A stretch of DNA of 64,000 nucleotides from the IMG/VR virus record IMGVR_UViG_3300037189_030782; one strand, written 5' to 3'. Made by a program: the position numbers and the translations under genes. Each line of letters starts with the position of its first letter. Within the stretch, counting starts at the first letter, position 1. The notes under the pieces were generated by a model that made no database searches, was not told the DNA's origin, and worked only from the letters and a program-made list of their open reading frames with translations. Source of the stretch: a virus (lineage: Duplodnaviria > Caudoviricetes). This document shows, one piece after another, positions 18,694-27,131 of the stretch.

Positions 18694-18849
18694 TTAGAAT
18701 AATCTTTGGCCACAGACTGTTACAGCTGCGACCCAAGCTCCGGCCTTGCCGTTGCAAATTCCAAGAGCCTGAGCAATTCTGCTGCAACGTGGATAAAAGT
18801 ATTTCCAAGAAGCAGTTGTGTAGGTTCCATTTGGTTTTAAGCATCTCAT
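18694..18849 (-). CDS. Small Cys-rich protein (51 aa), absent from the ORF track
   Basis: AAGGAGG SD, ATG at 18849; MRCLKPNGTYTTASWKYFYPRCSRIAQALGICNGKAGAWVAAVTVCGQRLF*; terminator directly downstream. Confidence 0.65.
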   Translation of the reverse strand: MRCLKPNGTYTTASWKYFYPRCSRIAQALGICNGKAGAWVAAVTVCGQRLF

Positions 18850-18894
18850 GAGATATCCTCCTTAATAAATGTTTGAAGCTATACTCCAACATAA

Positions 18895-19698
18895 TTATAT
18901 ATTAGTTTTCTGCATATCTTTGTCATGTTGTTCTCTAGCTTTTCGCAATATTTCCTTGACTTTTCTATTCTTATCAAATTGTTGTAGTGTGCCTCTGCCG
19001 ATGTGAGAAACCCAGCTAGAACCACAAACTCCTTGCTTAAAACCTTTAGAATTCATTCTCTTGGCAAACTCTTCTGCTTCGCAACCAGCATAAGGGTATT
19101 CTTTAAATAAACCAACATGTTTAAATAGATCTCTGTGAGCAAGTGCACAGTAAAGAGGCAAAAACTCATTTTTTAAAATGTAATTTTCTCCACTAAAAGA
19201 CCTTTTGCTTTTTAAGACATCGAAATCTACTACTGGATTATCTGTTTTTGGGGAAACCATTTTCACATTATCTTTTTTGAACGACTCCAAAAAATTGCCT
19301 AAATTTAAAAGCCAATCTTTGCTATCCAGCGAAACGTCAGAGTGCATTAATAAAACATATGGTATTTCTTTTGTTGAATTATTTTCAAATATCCAAGGAT
19401 TTGACAAAGCAAAGTTTATTGAGGATCCAAAACCTTTATTTTGTCTTTGTCTTAAGCACCGTAAGCCAGGAACCTTAGATTTTTGTATTTGTGTGTGAAA
19501 TTCGTTGTTGGAAGAACCGTCATCAACCAAAGTAACAAGGTACCTATTAGAATAAACGGTATTAAAAATGTCCTGAACTAAATTGCTTACAAACGAGTGC
19601 TTTCCATAAAAAGGAATTATTATTTCGACCTCTTTTTTGGCGAATAACTCGGTCCTTATTGTCCTATTGATCATTATTTTGTTTTCTTCCGCCATCAA
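18895..19698 (-). CDS. Glycosyltransferase family 2
   Basis: IIIPFYG, TLVDDGS, NKGFGSSIN, MHSDV (DxD-like), YAGCEAEEF. Confidence 0.78.
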   Translation of the reverse strand: MMAEENKIMINRTIRTELFAKKEVEIIIPFYGKHSFVSNLVQDIFNTVYSNRYLVTLVDDGSSNNEFHTQIQKSKVPGLRCLRQRQNKGFGSSINFALSNPWIFENNSTKEIPYVLLMHSDVSLDSKDWLLNLGNFLESFKKDNVKMVSPKTDNPVVDFDVLKSKRSFSGENYILKNEFLPLYCALAHRDLFKHVGLFKEYPYAGCEAEEFAKRMNSKGFKQGVCGSSWVSHIGRGTLQQFDKNRKVKEILRKAREQHDKDMQKTNI

Positions 19699-19759
19699 GG
19701 CTCCTACTAAATTTAAAAGAAAATGACTGTTATATATTAGAGTTATATGGGAAAGAAAA

Positions 19760-20677
19760 ATGAATCAAAAAAGCATTAAAGAGTACATAAGAGCATTAGA
19801 TCACATTAGTAGTTTTCTGAAAACTCTTCTAGAAGAAGAGAATAAAATTGTACCTTTTCAAAAAGGTGAAAGGGACAGGCTATCAGAAATAACAGAACTA
19901 AGGATGTTGGCTAAATCAGATGTTTGGCCTGAGGCGGTGCCGCCAGAACTAATATGCAACGATATAGAAGAAGAAAAAATGTCAAGAGCCGCTGGCATTG
20001 TTCAAGACTTCATAGCAATGGATCTAAAAGAAAAATCATTCTTGGACTTTGGATGTGGAGAAGGCCACGTTCCATACGTTGCTGCCACTCTATATGAATC
20101 TAAAAATGTTGTTGGATATGATATAAAAAACCAAGACTGGGCAGCTCTTGACCCACACGATGAATTAAAATTCACGACAGAATGGGAAGATGTTAGAAGA
20201 AAAGGACCATATGATATTATTTTAATAAACGATGTGCTTGATCACTGCAAAGATCCAGCTTCTACACTACAAATGATCCAAGAAGTCAAAAAGCCTATCG
20301 ATGGGCAAGTTTTTCTAAGAATACACCCTTGGACAAGTCGCCATGGATCACATCTTTATAAACAATTAAATAAAGCCTATCTACATTTAGTTTTTACAAA
20401 AGATGAGCTGTATGCAATGGGGCTAGAACCTCCAGAAATTTTAAGAATAATAAACCCAATCAAAACATATAAAAGATTCATCAAAGATGCAGGGTTTACA
20501 ATACTCAAAGAAAGTGTGGTAACTCAACCAGTAGAGTTGTTCTTCACCCACACCCCAGAAGTACTTCGAAGAATAAAATCCAATTGGAGAAATAGCGACG
20601 AACCAAAATTAGCTTCTGGTGAGTTGTTTCCAAGAGAAATATTAGAAATACAGTTTATAGACTTTACTTTGATCTAA
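19760..20677 (+). CDS. Class I SAM-dependent methyltransferase
   Basis: FLDFGCGEG motif I, VVGYDI, YDIILINDVLDH. Confidence 0.8.
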   Translation: MNQKSIKEYIRALDHISSFLKTLLEEENKIVPFQKGERDRLSEITELRMLAKSDVWPEAVPPELICNDIEEEKMSRAAGIVQDFIAMDLKEKSFLDFGCGEGHVPYVAATLYESKNVVGYDIKNQDWAALDPHDELKFTTEWEDVRRKGPYDIILINDVLDHCKDPASTLQMIQEVKKPIDGQVFLRIHPWTSRHGSHLYKQLNKAYLHLVFTKDELYAMGLEPPEILRIINPIKTYKRFIKDAGFTILKESVVTQPVELFFTHTPEVLRRIKSNWRNSDEPKLASGELFPREILEIQFIDFTLI

Positions 20678-21842
20678 GATGATTTATTGCGTGATTCCAA
20701 TCATCCTGTGCACCTCCTTGTATACTTAGTTCTTGTCTTTCTTTAAACCTTTCAAATGCAGCAAATTCTATATCCGAGTGACTGAAGTTTTTCTCTAATC
20801 TAGCTATTGCCTCTTCGAAGTCATTACCTTGTTCAAAATACTCTTTGAGTCTAAAGATTTGATCTAGATTCAAGCCATCAGATTTTTCCGCCCAGTCTTG
20901 AACTAAAATCTTTTTTCTTATAGATAAATTTGGGTTTGAAAAGCACCTTGTGTACTTAAATCTGGAAGGTCTGTTTCTCAAGGCTGAATCTACTTTTGAA
21001 ATGTCGTTTACAGTCATTATAAAAACTACGTTTTCATAAGTGGTATAAACTCCATCTAATCCGTTCAAGATTATGTCATAAGTAAATTTGATTGTACGGT
21101 TTCCTTCACCACCCATTATACATTTTCTTCCATGAAAATAATTATCAAAGTCTTCAAATAAAACTATGCACTTTTTTGGAATCTGCGAAAACATAAGAAG
21201 CAAATCCTGATTGTTCCAATCAGGATCTAGCGTAAAGATCATTATGGGCAATTTGTGCTTTGTAGAAAGATACTTTATAAATGAAGTTTTCCCGTTTCCA
21301 GGTGGCCCATAAAAAAGGGCACTAGTGGTTGATCTTTTAAGTTGAGATACCTCTTCAACCTCTCTATCAAAATCAACCCAAAGAGAATCATCAACAATAG
21401 GAGCTGGAAAAGTCTTCTTTAAAGAACCGATTTTATCAGCACCGTAGGGTAGCATAAGTTCTACAGGAACTCCCAAAGTATAAAACTGCATTTCTTTTAT
21501 TCTGCCATGTAGATACTTTTTTAATTTAGAATATTGCCAACGAAAACAAAAAATAAAAGTCAAATGGTCTTTGCCGTGATATCCTGCTTGCATCAATCTT
21601 TCTGTTCGATCTATGTAAAACCAAGGAGAACCATTAAAAAAACAAAAAGCAGAAAAAATAACGGGATGACGGTTTTCAGTTACAAATTCTTCGTGAATAA
21701 TTATCTTTTTCTCTTCTTTACAAAGCTCGTACAGAGTTTTAAAAGTATTAGTGTCTATTCGGGTTTCTATCAATAGAACATACTTAAAAACAGCCCAAAT
21801 CCCTACAAAAGATGCAAGAAGAGTAAAAACCGTTGACCACAT
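20664..21842 (-). CDS. AAA+ ATPase (BCS1-like) with C-terminal DUF2934-like tail
   Basis: GPPGNGKT, LFEDFD, ILNGLDG, RPSRF; tail IEFAAFERF...QDDWNHA. Confidence 0.85.
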   Translation of the reverse strand: MWSTVFTLLASFVGIWAVFKYVLLIETRIDTNTFKTLYELCKEEKKIIIHEEFVTENRHPVIFSAFCFFNGSPWFYIDRTERLMQAGYHGKDHLTFIFCFRWQYSKLKKYLHGRIKEMQFYTLGVPVELMLPYGADKIGSLKKTFPAPIVDDSLWVDFDREVEEVSQLKRSTTSALFYGPPGNGKTSFIKYLSTKHKLPIMIFTLDPDWNNQDLLLMFSQIPKKCIVLFEDFDNYFHGRKCIMGGEGNRTIKFTYDIILNGLDGVYTTYENVVFIMTVNDISKVDSALRNRPSRFKYTRCFSNPNLSIRKKILVQDWAEKSDGLNLDQIFRLKEYFEQGNDFEEAIARLEKNFSHSDIEFAAFERFKERQELSIQGGAQDDWNHAINHLRSK

Positions 21843-21956
21843 AAAATCTTCTTATTGAGGGGTCACCAAAAAAAGCAATTTAGTTCTGGGGTTCGATTTA
21901 GTCAATACCGAAAAGAAATTACATATATATTTAGAAATAGTTTAAATGGAAGCAAT

Positions 21957-22688
21957 ATGATTAAATTTAAAGAATGGTTTCAAATATCTGAGAGTAAAGG
22001 TATACGGTTAACCGATGAAATCGTGTCCCAAATTAAATCGTCTATCGACAAAATTTATCAAACAGCAAAAGCTATTAAAAAAGAGCCCGAGGGAGAGGTT
22101 TTTGATGTAGCAATAATAAAGTATAACGATCCATACTTTAAAGATAGGCAACGTGAAATAAACATACACGTTGTAAACAATAGCTATGAAAACAATAATG
22201 GGTCATTTAGAATAGGATACGGCATACAAATCAATGTTGCTCATGTTGAAGAAGAAGAACTAACTCCTAGGTGGATTGAAAGAGTAGTAGCCCATGAATT
22301 AATACACTCTATGGACCCAAAAATGAGTAACTTTAATACTTTTAAAAACGTCAAAAACTACGATAACAAAGGTGGAATCGATTACTACACTCATCCATTC
22401 GAATTCGATGCATATACAGGACAGCTAGCCTACTCAATAACAACTGCTGCGGATAGACTAAAAGGTACTGATAAAGAACCGATATTAAAAAAACAGTTAG
22501 ATGACACATTAAGATTTATATCTAATCCTGAGAAATCTAAAGCCGAAAAAATTTACGGAGTTATTGGTGATCCCGAGTACTGGAAGTATTATCACATATA
22601 CTTCGCACACGGATCATCGCAACAAAAGCGTAAAATGTATCAAAGAATATATAAAGCTGTGATAGATGCTAAGGCAAATTTGGGCTAA
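21957..22688 (+). CDS. HExxH zinc-metallopeptidase-like protein with capsid-targeting-like N-terminus
   Basis: AHELIHSMD and YYTHPFEFDAY; start MIKFKEWFQISE. Confidence 0.6.
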   Translation: MIKFKEWFQISESKGIRLTDEIVSQIKSSIDKIYQTAKAIKKEPEGEVFDVAIIKYNDPYFKDRQREINIHVVNNSYENNNGSFRIGYGIQINVAHVEEEELTPRWIERVVAHELIHSMDPKMSNFNTFKNVKNYDNKGGIDYYTHPFEFDAYTGQLAYSITTAADRLKGTDKEPILKKQLDDTLRFISNPEKSKAEKIYGVIGDPEYWKYYHIYFAHGSSQQKRKMYQRIYKAVIDAKANLG

Positions 22689-22691
22689 TTA

Positions 22692-22931
22692 TCAGTGATC
22701 AAAAGATCTGATTGCGTCCCTATTCTTTTTAGATCTTGAACCTTTATAAATATTTGAATCTGAGCTTCCAGAACGTCCATATGTTTTTGAATCACCTTGA
22801 CCGGCCATGTCGTGTATACGTGATTTACTTGTTCTTAAGGCAAGCTCTTGGTTACTCTTAATTCTTGGTTGTTTAGTTGCTGATTTTTGATTTCTTTTTT
22901 CTCTTCTTTCCAACCATAATGAAAACTTCAT
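22692..22931 (-). CDS. Small basic protein (MKFSLWLE N-terminus)
   Basis: Tightly packed ORF; K/R/S-rich. Confidence 0.6.
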   Translation of the reverse strand: MKFSLWLERREKRNQKSATKQPRIKSNQELALRTSKSRIHDMAGQGDSKTYGRSGSSDSNIYKGSRSKKNRDAIRSFDH

Positions 22932-22933
22932 AT

Positions 22934-23185
22934 TTATCCTTCCAAAAGCTCTAGAATCTTTGGGCTTTTTCCAATGTATATATTGTACACATGTTCCGCT
23001 TTTTTTCCGTTTAATGTGAAAATATCGCCATTTTTTAAAGGCTTATTTATATAAGGAACATAAACAGCCTGATTGTTTAAATTTAAGATTACATTTTCTA
23101 TGTTCTCCGTCATAGGCCTAGAATATATTTCTGTGTAATCAATGTTATTAACTACAAAAGTATAAATTGGAGGAGTTAGAGGCAT
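22934..23185 (-). CDS. Hypothetical protein
   Basis: Operonic spacing with neighbours. Confidence 0.6.
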   Translation of the reverse strand: MPLTPPIYTFVVNNIDYTEIYSRPMTENIENVILNLNNQAVYVPYINKPLKNGDIFTLNGKKAEHVYNIYIGKSPKILELLEG

Positions 23186-23851
23186 TTATTCTTCTTTCTT
23201 CCAAGATACAGGTTTTGAACTTTTTTTCCTCCTTTTACCAGTGGCATTGCAGGCCGAAAAAGTTGGCCTACAAGCAGGATACTTTCTTTCTGCTCCTTTT
23301 CCTGCTTTACTTCTACCACATGGAACCTTTTTAGTCTTAGTGCTAGCCTTGCAATCGATCCATCCTTTGCCTTTATTTCTAGAAAACCAACCATGAAGGC
23401 CTTTTTCTTTTTCAAGATCAAATGTTCCTTCCCGAAAATCTTTTTTGTCCACACTGCCACTTGCGACAGCCTTTATCCTTCCAGCAAATGTGCTGGGTTT
23501 CACGCCTTCTGGTGGATATTTTCTCATGGCAGCTAAAGCATTGATGATCTCTGGGCCTGACATATTGGCTACGTCCATGTCTTGATACATTAAAGCATTA
23601 AGGGCACTTGCTGCATCGTCGTATTGCTGCTTATTTGCTAGAACTTCGTCTATTTGCACACCCTCTTCTTGCATGTGTTTTTTCTTTTTATGTTTTTTCT
23701 TTTTGGAGTTACCATAATTTTTGGCACCTTTTTTCCTACATTGGACAACCCGTCCGCTAGCATAGGCAGAGGGCCACACAGATGCTGTAGCTTTTACTTT
23801 ATAATAACAAGCATCTTTTTCTTCGTTCATTAACCATTCACTAAAATTCAT
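23186..23851 (-). CDS. Conserved phage protein with two Cys/Lys-rich modules
   Basis: DACYYKVK...VWPSAYASG..VQCRKKG and WF...WIDC...PCGR...KYPACRP, both motifs familiar from T4-like phage hypotheticals. Confidence 0.6.
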   Translation of the reverse strand: MNFSEWLMNEEKDACYYKVKATASVWPSAYASGRVVQCRKKGAKNYGNSKKKKHKKKKHMQEEGVQIDEVLANKQQYDDAASALNALMYQDMDVANMSGPEIINALAAMRKYPPEGVKPSTFAGRIKAVASGSVDKKDFREGTFDLEKEKGLHGWFSRNKGKGWIDCKASTKTKKVPCGRSKAGKGAERKYPACRPTFSACNATGKRRKKSSKPVSWKKEE

Positions 23852-23891
23852 ATATTCCTCCCAAACTTTAATTATATATTAACGATACTAA

Positions 23892-24491
23892 TTATTTGTC
23901 GTGCTCTAGCTCTGTTAGCCAGTAAGCTTCTCCTATAAATTGGCTCCAAGACCTGACCCTCTGATCCCCAATAAAAAAATTACATTTAGGCTTAACAGGC
24001 TTTTTAAGAAGTTTCATTCCAGCTTGTTGTGGGGTTCTTCCAGCCTTTTTTAGGTTGCATTTTACACAAGCTACTACAACATTTTCCCAATTTGTTAACC
24101 CGCCTTGGCACCTTGGGAGAACATGATCTAATGATAAATCTTCTTTAGACATACAGTATTGGCACTGGTTTTCGTCCCTCAAAAATATCGTTCTTCTATT
24201 ATAATGAATTTCTTTTTGTGGAACTTTATCATAACGAGTAAACTGAATTACTTCTGGTATCCTTAGTATAGAATTTACGGTTCTTATGCCCTCTTCGTCA
24301 TGAGAAGGTTGCATTTTTGTCCAATCAGACCAATCGAAAGACTTAAAATCATTTAAACAATCAACGATTTTTGCTTTTGGAAATCCATCTTTGTAAGGAG
24401 ATGTTAGTTTTATTATTGCATTTTCTAAAGTAGTTGTGCCTATTGCAAGCCAAGATTTATTTAATACTAAAACTCTCCTGTTTTGTATCAT
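23892..24491 (-). CDS. HNH endonuclease
   Basis: VLVLN...RRTIFLRDENQCQYC...LDHVLPRCQGG.TNWENVVVACVKCNLKK. Start moved to the ATGA overlap at 24491. Confidence 0.9.
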   Translation of the reverse strand: MIQNRRVLVLNKSWLAIGTTTLENAIIKLTSPYKDGFPKAKIVDCLNDFKSFDWSDWTKMQPSHDEEGIRTVNSILRIPEVIQFTRYDKVPQKEIHYNRRTIFLRDENQCQYCMSKEDLSLDHVLPRCQGGLTNWENVVVACVKCNLKKAGRTPQQAGMKLLKKPVKPKCNFFIGDQRVRSWSQFIGEAYWLTELEHDK

Positions 24492-24850
24492 CCTGCTCCT
24501 TGGAGATCCTGCGTCTTTATCAGAAGCTCCCCTACTACCTCTATTCTCCCCAATAACTTTTGAAACTCTATCTGATTTACTTTTTCTATCGAGTTCATTT
24601 TTGAGTGTAGACGTGTACATAATTCTTGATATTCCTTTTTCATTTCTACTCTATCAAATTTACCTTCTTTTGCCTTTTCATAATATGGCAATTTTACAGA
24701 AAAATGATCTCTAGTTAAAAGGGCTGGGCCACCTTTTTTGTCAGCCATATTTACTATCTTTTCTGCTCCTTGATATCTCTTGCCTGCAAATGTTACGAAA
24801 TCAGATTCTATGGATTCATTTATTCCAGATAATTTAAGCCATTCATTCAT
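24488..24850 (-). CDS. Hypothetical protein (MNEWLKL..NE N-terminus)
   Basis: AAAGGA SD; coupled to the HNH gene. Confidence 0.6.
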   Translation of the reverse strand: MNEWLKLSGINESIESDFVTFAGKRYQGAEKIVNMADKKGGPALLTRDHFSVKLPYYEKAKEGKFDRVEMKKEYQELCTRLHSKMNSIEKVNQIEFQKLLGRIEVVGELLIKTQDLQGAG

Positions 24851-24897
24851 AATTTTCCTTTCTTTTAATTATATATACATTAAAGTGAGTCAAAACA

Positions 24898-25332
24898 ATG
24901 TTAAACTTTAAAAACTGGTTATTAAATGAAGGAAGCAATCCTGGATCTAAAACTGGTCTATATCCTCTTAGTTATGGGGGTATAGGTCTGTACCCACCTC
25001 AGTGGTACACCACAAGAAGTGCAGACGCAATCTTTTACTTATCAATTGACGACCGAATCTACAAAGGAAAAGATGGTGGTCAATTTGACATTACACACAT
25101 TCCTGGTGAAAGCAACGAAAAGATGAACAGTGGAGATGGTGGACTATGGGATATAACACACATAAAAGGAAAACCAAGCCACCTAAAAAAGAACAGCAAT
25201 TTTGCAGCAAATAATGGAGAAGGAGCACCATGGAAAATTACACACATCCCCGGCAAACCAACTTATACAAAGCATAAAGATTTTGTGCCGGATGAAGGTG
25301 AAGGCGGCATTTGGAATATAAAGAATGTATAG
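24898..25332 (+). CDS. Gly-rich repeat protein
   Basis: Four GxWxITHIxG-type repeats; start MLNFKNWLLNE. Confidence 0.65.
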   Translation: MLNFKNWLLNEGSNPGSKTGLYPLSYGGIGLYPPQWYTTRSADAIFYLSIDDRIYKGKDGGQFDITHIPGESNEKMNSGDGGLWDITHIKGKPSHLKKNSNFAANNGEGAPWKITHIPGKPTYTKHKDFVPDEGEGGIWNIKNV

Positions 25333-25341
25333 GAAAAATAA

Positions 25342-25626
25342 ATGAAAAAAATCTACCCAATATTGTGCTTATTAAGTTTACTACTAAACATATATTTTTT
25401 ATATGAATTTGGAGAAAATAGAACCAGTCATAATATGAATTATAAAAAAGCTAATATTGAATTAATTAAAAATAATAGAGAGGTTAATAGAAAAGATGCT
25501 ATAAGTGATGATACCACATTATTCGTATTAAACTTTTCATCTCATATTAGCGAATGTGAAAAGTTTTTATGGACATTCAGCGAAAATAAAGACGAAATAA
25601 AATATACAATATGGTTTGCCAAGTAA
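25342..25626 (+). CDS. Hypothetical membrane-anchored protein
   Basis: N-terminal hydrophobic helix. Confidence 0.55.
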   Translation: MKKIYPILCLLSLLLNIYFLYEFGENRTSHNMNYKKANIELIKNNREVNRKDAISDDTTLFVLNFSSHISECEKFLWTFSENKDEIKYTIWFAK

Positions 25627-25630
25627 ACTC

Positions 25631-26038
25631 TTAAACCATTCTTCCATTTTCCAAAACCGATTCCGCATACTCTTTTGGAACTAAAATATAATATTCTTTA
25701 TTATGAGGACAAGAAATTAAAATCTGATTTTGTGATTGCTTTTTTTTAGCTTGCTCTACACCCATAACTTGTTCACATCCCTTTTCTTTTAGTAAATCTT
25801 GCCAAACCCACTCATAGCCATCTTCTGCTTTTTCACAAAACAAACTTAAAAGCCATCCTTCGAACAAGTCCATATATCTTTCATCGAAAATACTATAAAG
25901 TAACTTAGGCTTACATCCATCACAGGCTTTAACGTCAACATTCTTGGGGTCTTTATACCAGCTAGATACTAGTCCACTGCCGCATCCACATTGCCGAATT
26001 AACTTGTAGTATCTACCCATTGGCCCAAGATCAGACAT
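25631..26038 (-). CDS. Hypothetical protein with CGCGSG...CDGC zinc-binding motif
   Basis: Cys pattern. Confidence 0.55.
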   Translation of the reverse strand: MSDLGPMGRYYKLIRQCGCGSGLVSSWYKDPKNVDVKACDGCKPKLLYSIFDERYMDLFEGWLLSLFCEKAEDGYEWVWQDLLKEKGCEQVMGVEQAKKKQSQNQILISCPHNKEYYILVPKEYAESVLENGRMV

Positions 26039-27120
26039 TAATTATTCTTTCTAAACATCTTGCCAACCAAGGCTCTCTTTAGTGGCTTATGGATTTTTCT
26101 ACAGATTTTGCTTAAAACCTTGCATTCTTCTTTTTTAGTAGGTTCCTTTTCTTTAACCATTGCACCTTCATACAGAACACTTTTAGGCAAGGATGGTTTT
26201 GTTTCCTCAATATTGTTCTGTGGTTTAACAGAACCAAACATAGCTGCATATGGGCACTTCTTGATGGCCTCTTGTTGTGCTGCATCTTGGCCTTCAACAA
26301 TTTTTCTTATAGATTCATCTGCATCATTAAACATTGAATTTCGCCCTATACCTAAAGCTTTAGACCGTTCCTTGAAGAAAGTAGTAGAATCTTTCATGTA
26401 AGAACCATCTGGCGTTAGTAGTTGTTTGCCACCGCTTTCAAACTTCTTCTTATTATAATCTATCCAATAGGTAAAAACCTCATCGGCTTCCTTTGAATCT
26501 CTATTAATCATCTCTGGGCAGATCGTCCAGTTATCTTCTATTAAAGCTCGATCTACTAGTGTTAAATGTGCCAGAGGAACATCTTTTTTAACAACAACTT
26601 TTTTGTTTTCTGCGTCAACAATAATGTTAACCCAAATATCATATTGCATCCAATCTGTTTCCAAAAGACCTTCCATAACATGAAAATCACGTCTTGGAAA
26701 ATTAATTGGTTCTCTTATGTGTAAACAAATATTTTTTGGAGTCTGGAATATTAATCCTGTCCATATTTGTATTACGTTGGGTTCTACGGTTCCCCATGTA
26801 AACTTAGTCCTACCATCGGCACACCAAAAAAGCTTATCTGTTTCGTGTCTGAGATTTTCTTTTCCGGGTTGACTCATTAAGTCAACAACTCTTTTGCCGT
26901 CTTCACCGCTGTAATCTTCTAAGACTTTGTATTCAATCTTACCGTTAGAATAAGTAAATTCAAAACTGACGGGAGGGTAAAGCCAAAACCCCAACTTATT
27001 TACAGAGGAATACGGGCCACACCATTTAACACCGTCTTTGTTGGCGAGGCCAAGGCAAGTTTTCTCTGCTTTTTCTATTCTTGCACAATTTGAGTGCATC
27101 TGCCAGACTTTAAGTTCCAT
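26038..27120 (-). CDS. DUF6065-like protein
   Basis: GFWLYPP...WTGLIFQTP...PIN...EGLLETDW...KKDVPLAH pattern. Confidence 0.55.
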   Translation of the reverse strand: MELKVWQMHSNCARIEKAEKTCLGLANKDGVKWCGPYSSVNKLGFWLYPPVSFEFTYSNGKIEYKVLEDYSGEDGKRVVDLMSQPGKENLRHETDKLFWCADGRTKFTWGTVEPNVIQIWTGLIFQTPKNICLHIREPINFPRRDFHVMEGLLETDWMQYDIWVNIIVDAENKKVVVKKDVPLAHLTLVDRALIEDNWTICPEMINRDSKEADEVFTYWIDYNKKKFESGGKQLLTPDGSYMKDSTTFFKERSKALGIGRNSMFNDADESIRKIVEGQDAAQQEAIKKCPYAAMFGSVKPQNNIEETKPSLPKSVLYEGAMVKEKEPTKKEECKVLSKICRKIHKPLKRALVGKMFRKNN

Positions 27121-27131
27121 TTTATTTGCTC

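Noticed and set aside
18689-18892. 67-aa ORF from the track (MLEYSFKH...)
   Set aside because: It has no SD. The overlapping 51-aa frame has a perfect AAGGAGG SD and is the better gene call.
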